In this document: positions 19,700-29,498 of the stretch, one piece after another | Layout: the number at the start of each line of letters is the position of its first letter | Numbering within the stretch: the first letter of the stretch is position 1 | Sequence record: SRR31156797_4163 | Reading direction: 5' to 3' (one strand) | Length of the DNA stretch: 34,344 nucleotides | Position numbers and translations under genes: made by a program | Notes under the pieces: model-generated | Databases searched by the model: none | The model's input: the letters and a program-made list of their open reading frames with translations, nothing else | Told to the model about the DNA's origin: nothing

Positions 19700-20215
19700 T
19701 TAATTAATTCCTGTAATATGATGAAAGTACGCAATGGGAAATGACTTTCTCCACGGAATATTTCTAGAATTGCTTGTATGCTGGCAAATCAACGGCTCTA
19801 TACCATATCTGGTTTGTTCAAAGTCAGTAATAATAGCAGAATGACGAATTTGTCCTGATACATCTTTATACTGTATTATATCTCCTAATTCAATTATATC
19901 CAGAATACTATTTGATAAAGGCTCATCTGTGCTTTGAATTATTGTCTCTGCTCGTATACCATCATTATCTTCTACAGATGAAACTCTGATATACCAATAA
20001 AGGGAACCTGCAACTGACCATGATACTGAGCACTCACCATCCAAATACCACCATGGGTGCGTAGGATGATAATTGTTCTGAGCACCGCCTGCTGCCAGAC
20101 ATTGTGATATAAAATTGGTACAGTCATTGTCTTCAAAATATATATATGCAGGATTTGGATCAATAGCATATTTGAGTGCATAAGCAACAGCTTTGGTACG
20201 ATCATAATTTGACAT
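19700..20215 (-). CDS. Amidase_6 (YhbB-like) domain protein
   Basis: YDR.KAV.YA, DCTNFISQCL.AGG, GDIIQY, HSAI, C.HT. Confidence 0.88.
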   Translation of the reverse strand: MSNYDRTKAVAYALKYAIDPNPAYIYFEDNDCTNFISQCLAAGGAQNNYHPTHPWWYLDGECSVSWSVAGSLYWYIRVSSVEDNDGIRAETIIQSTDEPLSNSILDIIELGDIIQYKDVSGQIRHSAIITDFEQTRYGIEPLICQHTSNSRNIPWRKSFPIAYFHHITGIN

Positions 20216-20356
20216 AATAACTCCATAAAACTTTATATTACATAATATTAAAATACAAGATATTTGTGCTATAATTAGGTGAAGAAATTTTTATTCCTTT
20301 TTAGCGAGGTATCAATGTACATTACTAAATTCTAGAAAATTTATTTGGAGTAAAAA

Positions 20357-21343
20357 ATGAATAAAACTAAGTTTGTTAAGCTCTACAAAGATAGAGGATA
20401 TGATGATAAAGCTATAGATGCTGGACTTCAGGTACTAAATGAAGCACATAACTATTTCAAAAATAAAGGTAGTTCTATAGATACTGCCAGTATTGATGAT
20501 GCCAAAACATATATTAAATATTTAATGGATAATAATAAAAACAGCTTGGATAATCTACTTGCACTAGCACGGTATTTTTATATTATTAAACAAAATAATA
20601 TCTATATTTACTTTACAAAAATACTTGGTGGTCTTGGAGTACTGGAGAATATTAAAAAAAGAGTAAAAACATTTACCGATAATGAAACTGCTAATCGAAT
20701 ATTTAAACATTTTGAAAATCCTCCACTTGGAACACCACTTGAGGATATGCCCAGATATACACAGAATTTAATGAAACGAATAAAAAGTAATTTAAATGAA
20801 GATATTTATCAAAAAATTCTAGCTGGCAACAATCATGGCATTTCACCTGAATCTATGCAAGCCGAAAAAGAATTCTATAATAACAGTGACTCATTGGACA
20901 CCTACCTTCAAGTACGTCACCAAAGAAAAGTAGAAGAACTACAAAGCTACTGCGATAGCAACACAGTCTGGTTTGAGCAGATAATTACTCAGGATATCGT
21001 AGATTTCGTTGCATCAAATCAAGAAATTTTGTCAGCAAAAAGAGAAGGTAATAAACTGTATGTGACGAAAATTCCATACGACACAGTAAACTATCTGAAA
21101 GAAGAAAATCCTCGTAAAAAGTCATACTATGCTTGTCATTGCCCATTTGCCCGTGAAAGCATTATGTCCTCAGGTAATAATATTGATAGTGACTGGTGCT
21201 ACTGCAGCGGTGGATTTGCAAAATTTCCATTTGAAGAAATACTAGGAAGAAAATTAAATGTAAAACTAATAAATAGTGCTTTGGCAGGTGATTCACTATG
21301 CAGATTCAAGATTGATCTTGGTGAAATAATTGATGAATTCTAA
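20357..21343 (+). CDS. DUF6144-like Cys-rich hypothetical protein
   Basis: 328 aa with C-terminal YYACHCPF, WCYCSGGF and S.L.GD..CRF motifs. Confidence 0.65.
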   Translation: MNKTKFVKLYKDRGYDDKAIDAGLQVLNEAHNYFKNKGSSIDTASIDDAKTYIKYLMDNNKNSLDNLLALARYFYIIKQNNIYIYFTKILGGLGVLENIKKRVKTFTDNETANRIFKHFENPPLGTPLEDMPRYTQNLMKRIKSNLNEDIYQKILAGNNHGISPESMQAEKEFYNNSDSLDTYLQVRHQRKVEELQSYCDSNTVWFEQIITQDIVDFVASNQEILSAKREGNKLYVTKIPYDTVNYLKEENPRKKSYYACHCPFARESIMSSGNNIDSDWCYCSGGFAKFPFEEILGRKLNVKLINSALAGDSLCRFKIDLGEIIDEF

Positions 21344-21367
21344 ATCACATTAATCTATTCACATAAT

Positions 21368-21399
21368 AAACCACTTATCATTATCAATAAGTGGTTTTT
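21368..21399 (+). terminator. Terminator between convergent genes
   Basis: AAACCACTTAT-loop-ATAAGTGGTTTTT. Confidence 0.7.
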
Positions 21400-21429
21400 A
21401 TAATCATTTTGTCTTGAGATGAACTATTT

Positions 21430-22806
21430 CTACTTGCATAATATTTTATCTGCAATATACAATCCATGAGCAGCTGCATGAGACAGTGAACGAGTAAACC
21501 CTGCTCCATCACCTATTGCAAAGATGTTTTTCATACCCTTTAGCTCAAAATCAATTGTCTCAGGTCTGGCTGAGTAGTACTTACACTCTACGCCATACAG
21601 CAGTGTATCATGATTTGCAGTTCCTGGTGCAATCTTATCCAGTGCATGAAGTGTTTCAATTATATTGTCAAGTTGTCTTTTAGGCATACATAAAGATAAG
21701 TCGCCTGGTACTGCCTTTAGTGTTGGTTTAGTGGTTGACTGCTTCAGTCGCTTATCTTGTGTCCTTCGACCAGCCTCCAAATCTCCCAGTCTCTGTACCA
21801 GCACTCCCCCACCACTAATCAGATTAGCAAGAGATGCTACATATCGGGCATACTCTATTGGATCTTTAAAAGGCTGAGTGAACCTTATAGTACTTAACAG
21901 TGCAAAATTTGAATTATCAGTCTTTTTGTCTTTACCTCTGTATGAATGTCCGTTTACAGTCATAACTCCGTCTGTATTTTCCATAACGACATTGCCCCGC
22001 TCATTAAAGCAAAACATACGGGTAGTATCTCCGTACTGCTCCGAACGATACCAGATTTTGGGTTCATAAATTTTCTTTGAAAAATGGTCCCAAATAATCG
22101 CAGGCAGCTCAACACGTACACCTATATCAACCTGATTATTATACATTTCAATACCGTTTTCTTTACACCATTTAGCAAAGTATCTGCTGCCAGACCTGCC
22201 TACAGCAAAGATAATATTATCAGCTTGAATTTCATCACCATTATTAAGATATAGTACATGTTTATCTTTATCCACGTCTTCTACATTAGTCCTAGTAACT
22301 ATTTCGACTCTCTCTTTAATATCTTCTACCAAATTACACATTGTATCAAAATTTGAGTCTGTACCAAGATGTTTTAGCTGAGCCTGCTGCATATGTAAAT
22401 CATGCATCAGACATATCCTCTTTAGCTCATTATCTGGAGCAAAGCGTTCTGTAGTAGCACCATGGGCTACTAATATCTCATCAGCCTGTTCAATATAGTC
22501 AAATGTTTTATTTTCAGGAATGAAATCTGTCAACCAACCGCCATACTCAGTTGATATTACATATTTACCATCACTAAAAGCACCTGCTCCAGCAATACCC
22601 TCCATAATTGAGCAGGATTTGCAATTTGTACATATTTCACTGCTTCCTTTTATCATAGGACAGTGTCTATTTATCAAAGAAGACCCTTTTTCTATTAGTA
22701 TAATATTTAAGGATTTATCTTTTTTACTTAATCTGTATGCTGCCATCAATCCACTGATACCTCCTCCAATTATAGCAGCATCATATTTTTTTCTTTTTAT
22801 GTTCAC
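21430..22806 (-). CDS. Uncharacterised NAD(P)/FAD-dependent oxidoreductase (COG2509-like)
   Basis: GTG start with GGAGG RBS. IIGGGISG Rossmann motif, C-x9-CxxCxxC, GAGAFSDGK, AVGRSG, GDGAG.TR. Confidence 0.9.
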   Translation of the reverse strand: MNIKRKKYDAAIIGGGISGLMAAYRLSKKDKSLNIILIEKGSSLINRHCPMIKGSSEICTNCKSCSIMEGIAGAGAFSDGKYVISTEYGGWLTDFIPENKTFDYIEQADEILVAHGATTERFAPDNELKRICLMHDLHMQQAQLKHLGTDSNFDTMCNLVEDIKERVEIVTRTNVEDVDKDKHVLYLNNGDEIQADNIIFAVGRSGSRYFAKWCKENGIEMYNNQVDIGVRVELPAIIWDHFSKKIYEPKIWYRSEQYGDTTRMFCFNERGNVVMENTDGVMTVNGHSYRGKDKKTDNSNFALLSTIRFTQPFKDPIEYARYVASLANLISGGGVLVQRLGDLEAGRRTQDKRLKQSTTKPTLKAVPGDLSLCMPKRQLDNIIETLHALDKIAPGTANHDTLLYGVECKYYSARPETIDFELKGMKNIFAIGDGAGFTRSLSHAAAHGLYIADKILCK

Positions 22807-22957
22807 TTTGAAACCTCCTTGATTACTTGCATAAACTTAATAATACTAAGTGAAAACTGCAAGTAAAAGTATAACAAAACGTATTATACCATAACAGAGA
22901 GATTATTTTGATATTATTTATTTACTATTGATAATTACTTGTATAATAAAAAAGAAT

Positions 22958-22998
22958 AAAGACCTCTGATTTAATATAATAAAAATAAACAGAAGCCT
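22958..22998 (-). terminator. Possible terminator after the small membrane protein gene
   Basis: Minus strand AGGCTTCTG...CAGAGGTCTTT stem with a long AT loop. Confidence 0.4.
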
Positions 22999-23018
22999 AA
23001 AATAATTGCTAATAATTG

Positions 23019-23267
23019 CTATTTGTCTTTGTTAGCTAATTCCTGCTGAATCGGAAGCCACCATGTAAATCCAAATATCATAGTCATAATCGCAGAGTGT
23101 ATTTTGCTCTTACCAAATTTTTCTCCGACAGGTATGCCCTTGATAAATATCTCAGTAAAGTGAAGTATTGCAATAAACGCTGCAATGTACCAGAATCCCT
23201 TTACTATCCATAGATAAATGGCTGCTGCACAAGCCAAAATAGTAACAATTTTACTTATGTGATTCAT
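23019..23267 (-). CDS. Small integral membrane protein (DUF1145-like)
   Basis: 82 aa, about three hydrophobic segments, H..E and TMIFGFTWW.P motifs; AAGGA RBS 16 nt after the DUF362 stop region. Confidence 0.75.
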   Translation of the reverse strand: MNHISKIVTILACAAAIYLWIVKGFWYIAAFIAILHFTEIFIKGIPVGEKFGKSKIHSAIMTMIFGFTWWLPIQQELANKDK

Positions 23268-23283
23268 TTAAATTCCTTTATGT

Positions 23284-24930
23284 TTATTTTAATGGCTTAA
23301 CATCAGCTAAGATAATTTTTCTATCCTTGCCTTCCAGCTTTGGCAGAGGCCACTCGATGAAATCTTTCTTCATATCCTCTACTGACAACTTAGGTATTTC
23401 GCCAATTTTATCATCAAAATATGATGGTATACAGTCTACCCATTCACCTGATTTTACAAGCTTTATTCTTTTACTTCTAGACTTAAGCAGATGGATAGCA
23501 ATTTTAAATAACTGTTTATTCTTTAAGCTGTAAATATTGCTATTTGATTTTCCAACTTTATGTACAATGCTCATACCATAACCTGGCTTTGGCATACATC
23601 CATAGATTGATTCCATACCCTTGCAGTTGTCAAAATTCGCTTTGGTACAGGAACCAAAATTAATAATACTTCCATCCATACTTTTGATATCTTCAACACA
23701 GTAGCTATTACCATCTCTGTCAAAATAGTATATTTTGTCTCCTATTGGTACACCAGAACCAAGTATAAATATCGCTTCAAAGCTAGTATCCTTGCCTTGA
23801 TAATACAGGTCTTCAAAGCCTGTCCTCAGTGATGCAGTACATCCGCCAATACATGCCCTTTCAATCTCTTTTACTAACTCAGGGGTTACTGAGTCTAGGC
23901 TCTCTACCTTAGGAGCGTTGTTTAAAGTATGGCCTATAAGCACTTTAATATTCGGAAATTGATTATGAAAATAGTCACTGATTAATGACTGATCAGCACG
24001 CCTAAATGGTGTAATCATTTTATCTCCAATAATTTTCACATTTTTATTGCCAAAACCCAAAGCCCTTGCGTGGGTGATTAGCTCTATCTCTTCAGGGTCA
24101 ATTCCCATAATTTCTGTTGCAACACAGTCTGTTTCAGTACTATTATTTCCGCTTATGATAACACGAGAATCAACTGGATCAACTGGTGCAGGAGTATTAC
24201 CCTCACCGCCAACTATTCCGTCTATAACAACTAAATCAGGTTTGAAAAGATACAGCATATCGACTAGTTTTTTCCCAATTGAATAGTTATGATTCTTCTG
24301 ACGCAAATTATAAGGGATTGTACCCATTGCATTTTTTCCGCCTAATGTTACACCCGTATACAGATTAGTTTTCATTTTTGGTACAGAAATATAGTAAGCA
24401 TCCCCTTTTACAACTTCGCTAAAAATTCTTGGGATATATATTTCTTTCATTACCAATGCTTTTGGTAAAATATATCTGTCAAGAGGTTGATTCTCAAGTG
24501 CAACTAGCTCTGTATCATAACGCTTAGCTATTCTGTCATAACCTGCGACTTTGAATGATGCCTCAGTAGGCATACCTCTGCCTGAAGATTCAACAATAAC
24601 AATATCTTTTGTGTATTTTTTTATATAGGAAATGATTGCATCAAATACTCTTGGATCAGTTGATTCAGGATACTGTTCATCCTTATAACCCATTTTATAA
24701 TATGGAGCAACTAGATTTGGTTTAATTAATACCTTTTTCCCCTTTAAATCCTCAGTGAAATTAGTTCCTTTGTTCAGGTCATCTAGATTATTATAAACTG
24801 CCTCAATTATACTGGATACTTCAGGTTTTTCATAATATGTGCTGGTTCCATAGTCCTTAGGAAGTGCAACATAGTCAGTTTGGTAATTGCATTCTTTTGC
24901 TTGTGTAATAACTACAGTACAATTGTTCAT
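23284..24930 (-). CDS. DUF362 domain protein with a C-terminal Cys-containing extension
   Basis: GKKVLIKPN, TDPRV, ISVPKMKT, VTLG.KN.MG, IDGIVGGEGN.P; C-terminal CIGGC, GSC, GCMP. Confidence 0.88.
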   Translation of the reverse strand: MNNCTVVITQAKECNYQTDYVALPKDYGTSTYYEKPEVSSIIEAVYNNLDDLNKGTNFTEDLKGKKVLIKPNLVAPYYKMGYKDEQYPESTDPRVFDAIISYIKKYTKDIVIVESSGRGMPTEASFKVAGYDRIAKRYDTELVALENQPLDRYILPKALVMKEIYIPRIFSEVVKGDAYYISVPKMKTNLYTGVTLGGKNAMGTIPYNLRQKNHNYSIGKKLVDMLYLFKPDLVVIDGIVGGEGNTPAPVDPVDSRVIISGNNSTETDCVATEIMGIDPEEIELITHARALGFGNKNVKIIGDKMITPFRRADQSLISDYFHNQFPNIKVLIGHTLNNAPKVESLDSVTPELVKEIERACIGGCTASLRTGFEDLYYQGKDTSFEAIFILGSGVPIGDKIYYFDRDGNSYCVEDIKSMDGSIINFGSCTKANFDNCKGMESIYGCMPKPGYGMSIVHKVGKSNSNIYSLKNKQLFKIAIHLLKSRSKRIKLVKSGEWVDCIPSYFDDKIGEIPKLSVEDMKKDFIEWPLPKLEGKDRKIILADVKPLK

Positions 24931-25214
24931 TTTATCATTTCCTCTTAAATATTTTTTATGTTAAAAAATGTTAATTTTTATATTATTATAATCTAATATA
25001 TTAATATTAGTATGTTTTAATATTATACAATTCTTTATTTTTATAGTCAATAATTAATGATAACAATACACACTAAAATCATATTATTATATTACAAATT
25101 TATTAACTTTATAGCATATGTGTTTAAAAGTATAATAATATATTTATATATATAGCGTTATCGTGTAAATATACGAACAATATAATACTATGTAAATGAG
25201 GAGATTGTATTAGT

Positions 25215-26129
25215 ATGATTAGAATTATTGCAGATTCAACCTGTGATTTGTCTATTGAAGTCATTAAGGAATACGGAATAAAATTAATATCGTCTATCGT
25301 AGTAGTTGATGGACAAACCTTTAATGATTTAGATTATAATGGTTCATCACTGGATGATTTCTACTTGACTCTTAACCAAATGAAAGAGCCCCCTTCATAT
25401 ACCCCCCCAAGTTCTGCAGCCTATAAGGCAGCTATCGAAGAAGGTGTATTTAACGGTGTTAGTGAATTTATCATCTTTATTCCATCAAGCCAGCAGATTG
25501 ACGATTTCTCTAATGTAGTTTATGAAGCTATTGATTCATTTAATGAATCCAATATGGTGCCAAACATAAAAATCAGAGTGATTAACACTCTAAATGTTTC
25601 TCAAGGATTTGGATATACGGTCTTGAAAGCAGCAAGAATGGTAAAAGAAAAAAAATCATTTGAGGAAATAATAGAATATTGTGAAACAAATAAAAACAAA
25701 GTGAAGGATTTCTTTGCTGTTCCTGATGTGGATTTCTTATACAAAACTGGCAATGTAACCAAAACCGCAGCAAATGCTACCAAAGTACTGGGCATTACAC
25801 CAGTACTAAAGCTTGGTCCAAATGGCAAAGCAGTACTTGCAAGCAAAGTAGTTGGTGATAATAAAGTAGCTCACTGTTTTCTTAATGAATTTAAGCATAA
25901 TTCAGATATGGAAAACGGTGACTTTGTTATAATTGGATATTCTACTGATAAAGAGCGAGCAATCGAAGTAAAAGACTCTATTATTAACCATACAGACTAT
26001 GAAGGTGATGTATATATAATGCAGAACAGACCAGCTTTTGGTGTTCATATAGGCAAAAGAGCGGTATCAATATACTTTTTGGGCAAACGAAACAGTTTTG
26101 CATTATTTAATATTCTGCGCTTCCAATAA
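25215..26129 (+). CDS. DegV family protein (divergent)
   Basis: IRIIADSTCDL, NT..VSQG.G, LGI.PVL, GVHIG; GAGGAG RBS. Confidence 0.9.
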   Translation: MIRIIADSTCDLSIEVIKEYGIKLISSIVVVDGQTFNDLDYNGSSLDDFYLTLNQMKEPPSYTPPSSAAYKAAIEEGVFNGVSEFIIFIPSSQQIDDFSNVVYEAIDSFNESNMVPNIKIRVINTLNVSQGFGYTVLKAARMVKEKKSFEEIIEYCETNKNKVKDFFAVPDVDFLYKTGNVTKTAANATKVLGITPVLKLGPNGKAVLASKVVGDNKVAHCFLNEFKHNSDMENGDFVIIGYSTDKERAIEVKDSIINHTDYEGDVYIMQNRPAFGVHIGKRAVSIYFLGKRNSFALFNILRFQ

Positions 26130-26162
26130 TTACTATAATTGAATCTAGTAATCCTTATAATT

Positions 26163-26201
26163 TTAATACCCTCATTATGAACTGCATAATAAGGGTATTA
26201 A
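26163..26201. terminator. Bidirectional terminator-like hairpin between degV and the cyclase gene
   Basis: TTAATACCCT(C)ATTATG-loop-CATAAT(A)AGGGTATTAA. Confidence 0.65.
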
Positions 26202-26249
26202 TTTATCACCTATTTATTTATGTAAAAATCAGCAAGTTTACAACCTGAT

Positions 26250-26872
26250 TTAGTCCCTATCAATCAATACAGCTCTGACCCAGCTGCCTTCAGTACCTTT
26301 TAACTTAATAGGAAGTACTACTAGTTCATATTCGCCTTGTTGAATGTCTTTAAGCTGCAGTCCTTCTAGGATTATAACGTCATTATATGGGTCATATGGT
26401 TTTTTTGCGCTCGTTCAATTCCCAAAGCATCAATTCCCACACCATTAATATGTGTATCTTTTAATAACTTTGCAGCAGATTCATCCACATAGGTGAAATC
26501 AAAGTCAAAACCTTTTTTATTATCGTAAAAGGAATTTCTTGTTTTGAATATTACAAAGTCATTCTCATTTATTGGCAAATCCTTGATATCCTCAGCAGTT
26601 ATTACATTATTCGTTAAATTAGTCAAGTCAAAAACCTTGCACTTTGTAATCAGCCTGGATATATCAAAAGCATCTAATGTTTTTCCATCTTTAATCATAT
26701 GCAGCGGCATATCAATATGGCTGCCACAGTGTATATCTAATGTAACATGAGTTTCATGCACTGAAGATTTCTCATGATTACTCATGTTCTTAAATATTGG
26801 TCTTTTTTCATCCATATCATTGTAAACCATCATATCAGGTTCAATCAAAGTAGAAATATCATATATCTTCAT
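26250..26872 (-). pseudogene. Frameshifted cyclase-family (KynB/kynurenine formamidase-like) metal hydrolase
   Basis: HCGSHIDMPLH metal motif and GVGIDALGIE. After THI (about 26385) the conserved C-terminus NDVIILEGLQL...LPIKLKGTEGSWVRAVLIDRD* lies in another frame, ending at 26250. Confidence 0.88.
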
Positions 26873-26881
26873 AGCACTCTC

Positions 26882-28357
26882 CTATTCATTAACCCATTCA
26901 CGACCATCCCTTTTTAGCAAATCATCTGCCTCAGTAGGTCCATATGAACCTGCAGTATAATTTGGAAATTCAGAGACTTGGCTTTCCCATGCATTCTTGA
27001 TAGAGTCAATAAACTCCCATGAACTAGCGACTTCATCCCATCTGGTAAAAAGCGTCTTATCCCCATTCATAGCATCAAATAACAATCTCACGTATGCTTC
27101 AGCACTATTATACCCTATCTGACAGTTTTGGCAAAAATCCATAGACACAGGAATAATCTCATTACTTAATCCCGGTTTTTTACCATTAAATCGAAAATAT
27201 ATTCCCTCTGTAGGCTGAATTCGTATTATTAATTGATTAGGCAGAATATTTGCATCAGGTTTGATATACAGACTTTCATACCTTGACTTAAACGTAATTA
27301 TTACCTGAGTACACTTCCTATGTAGCCTTTTGCCCGTTCTTATATAGAAAGGTACACCTTCCCACCGAGGATTGTCTAACTCAAGTTTTACTAATGCATA
27401 TGTCTCGGTATTAGAATCGTTATCTGTTCTTTCCTCATCTCTATATGCTGTAATCAATCCGTCTTTACTTTTGCCATACTGACCCCTCACAGTGTTTTGA
27501 CTGACTCCAGATTCATTATATTTTTTTATACTTTTTAATACCTTTACCTTTTCATCTCTAATAGCTTCAGTATTGTCTGATTTTGGAGGCTCCATAGCTA
27601 CCAGTGACACAAACTGCAAAAGATGATTCTGCAGCATATCCTTTAGTGCTCCTGTCTTATCATAATATCCTCCACGTTCTGATACACCTAGCGTCTCTAA
27701 GGATGAAATCTGTACATGGTCAATATATTTGTTATTCCAGATAGGTTCAAACAGAGCATTTGCGAACCTAATAATCATAATATTCTGCAGCATTTCTTTA
27801 CCAAGATAATGGTCGACACGATAAATGTTATCCTCACTAAATACATTTGTTAATTGCTGATTTAGTGCTGTGGCTGACGCTAAATCTTTTCCAAATGGTT
27901 TCTCAATCACAACCCTTTTGTACCCTGTATCACCATCTGTCAGATTGTTATGATTAAGATTATTGCTGATAACTCCAAAGTACTCTGGTGAAACTGCAAG
28001 GTAAAACAATCTGTTACCTAATGTTTTGTATTTTGATTCTAAATCAACTATATAGTTATTTAGCTCATTGTACCTTTTAGAATCATCAAAGTCCAATCTA
28101 AAGTAATGAATTCTGTTCTTAAGATTTTTCCATATATCTTTATCTATACTGTTTCTAGAGAATTCCCGTACTGCCTGCTCCATCTCCTGCACAAATTCAT
28201 CCGTAGTTTTATCTCTTCTGCCAACTGCAACCAAAAAGAAATTATCTGGCAATAGCTTCTCAAATAATAGATTATATATTGCAGGTATCAGCTTTCTTTT
28301 AGTCAAATCACCAGTATCGCCAAATATTATTAATCCATTTCCTGTGTTGCTTTTCAT
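26882..28357 (-). CDS. zwf: Glucose-6-phosphate 1-dehydrogenase
   Basis: FG.TGDL.KRKL.PA, EKPFG, YRVDHYLGKE, QNHLLQ, WEGVPFYIRTGKRL. Start placed at ATG 28357, right after the gnd stop. Confidence 0.96.
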   Translation of the reverse strand: MKSNTGNGLIIFGDTGDLTKRKLIPAIYNLLFEKLLPDNFFLVAVGRRDKTTDEFVQEMEQAVREFSRNSIDKDIWKNLKNRIHYFRLDFDDSKRYNELNNYIVDLESKYKTLGNRLFYLAVSPEYFGVISNNLNHNNLTDGDTGYKRVVIEKPFGKDLASATALNQQLTNVFSEDNIYRVDHYLGKEMLQNIMIIRFANALFEPIWNNKYIDHVQISSLETLGVSERGGYYDKTGALKDMLQNHLLQFVSLVAMEPPKSDNTEAIRDEKVKVLKSIKKYNESGVSQNTVRGQYGKSKDGLITAYRDEERTDNDSNTETYALVKLELDNPRWEGVPFYIRTGKRLHRKCTQVIITFKSRYESLYIKPDANILPNQLIIRIQPTEGIYFRFNGKKPGLSNEIIPVSMDFCQNCQIGYNSAEAYVRLLFDAMNGDKTLFTRWDEVASSWEFIDSIKNAWESQVSEFPNYTAGSYGPTEADDLLKRDGREWVNE

Positions 28358-28358
28358 T

Positions 28359-29255
28359 TTACTTCTTTTCCACCTTGTGTCCACCAAATTCATTACGAAG
28401 CGCAGCTACAACCTTTCCTGAGAAACTCTCCTGCTGTGTTGAACGATTTCTTACAAACAAGCTGCCTGCAATGACAGGTACTGGTACTCCTAGTTTTAAT
28501 GCTTCTTCAACTGTCCACAGACCCTCACCATTTGATCCTATTGCATCCTTTATTTCATCTAAATCTTCGGATTTTGAGAACGCTGATTCTACCAATTCCA
28601 TTAGCCATGACCTGATTACAGAGCCATTATTCCATACTCTAGCAACTTTTTCATAATCCATGTCAAACTGGCTCTCTTTGAGTATTTCAAATCCTTCACC
28701 AATTGCTTGCATCATTCCATATTCTACACCATTGTGTACCATCTTTGTAAAGTGTCCAGATCCTACTGCACCACAGTGAAGATAACCATCTTCGACACAC
28801 AAATCCTTGAAAATGGGTTCAATATATTTGAATACTTCATCTTCTGCACCTACCATTGAACATGCTCCATATCGTGCACCTTCTATGCCTCCGCTAGTAC
28901 CTGCATCAACGAAATCTATACCCTTTTTCTTTATTTTTTTATATCGCTCTAATGTATCATTATAATTGGAATTGCCGCCGTCAATTATGATATCATATTT
29001 ACTCAGCAAAGGCAGTAGCTCATCAATCACAGATTGTGTAGGCTGACCGCTAGGCACCATTATCCAGACTACTTTCCTGCCGCTTAATATATCAACTAAC
29101 TCTTCAACAGAGTAAGCCCCCTTTATTCCTTCTTTTATAATTTCATCCACTTTCTGCGGGCTTTTGTTGTATCCTACTACATCATGACCATTATCCCGTA
29201 AATTAAGTGCAATGTTATATCCCATTTTCCCTAGTCCAATTATTCCTATTTGCAT
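28359..29255 (-). CDS. gnd: Short-chain decarboxylating 6-phosphogluconate dehydrogenase (YqeC/GntZ-like)
   Basis: GLGKMG, IDGGNS, DAGTSGG, GHFTKMVHNGVEYG, LRNEFGGH. Start at ATG 29255 after AAGGGG. Confidence 0.96.
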   Translation of the reverse strand: MQIGIIGLGKMGYNIALNLRDNGHDVVGYNKSPQKVDEIIKEGIKGAYSVEELVDILSGRKVVWIMVPSGQPTQSVIDELLPLLSKYDIIIDGGNSNYNDTLERYKKIKKKGIDFVDAGTSGGIEGARYGACSMVGAEDEVFKYIEPIFKDLCVEDGYLHCGAVGSGHFTKMVHNGVEYGMMQAIGEGFEILKESQFDMDYEKVARVWNNGSVIRSWLMELVESAFSKSEDLDEIKDAIGSNGEGLWTVEEALKLGVPVPVIAGSLFVRNRSTQQESFSGKVVAALRNEFGGHKVEKK

Positions 29256-29498
29256 GATATTGCCCCTTTTATCATTTAGTAAAATATTCCAATAATATAC
29301 TAACATATAATTTGATAAGTCAGAAGAACATTTCTTATTTCTTATGATATCCATAATTTTATTTTGTATCTGTTACTTTGTTACATATATTATTCCAAAC
29401 TAATGCTAGAATAAAATCATAAATTATAGATTATAAAATATTTTATAAAGCAAATATTTATCTATAATATTAAAAATAAATAAGCAGAGGATAAGAAT

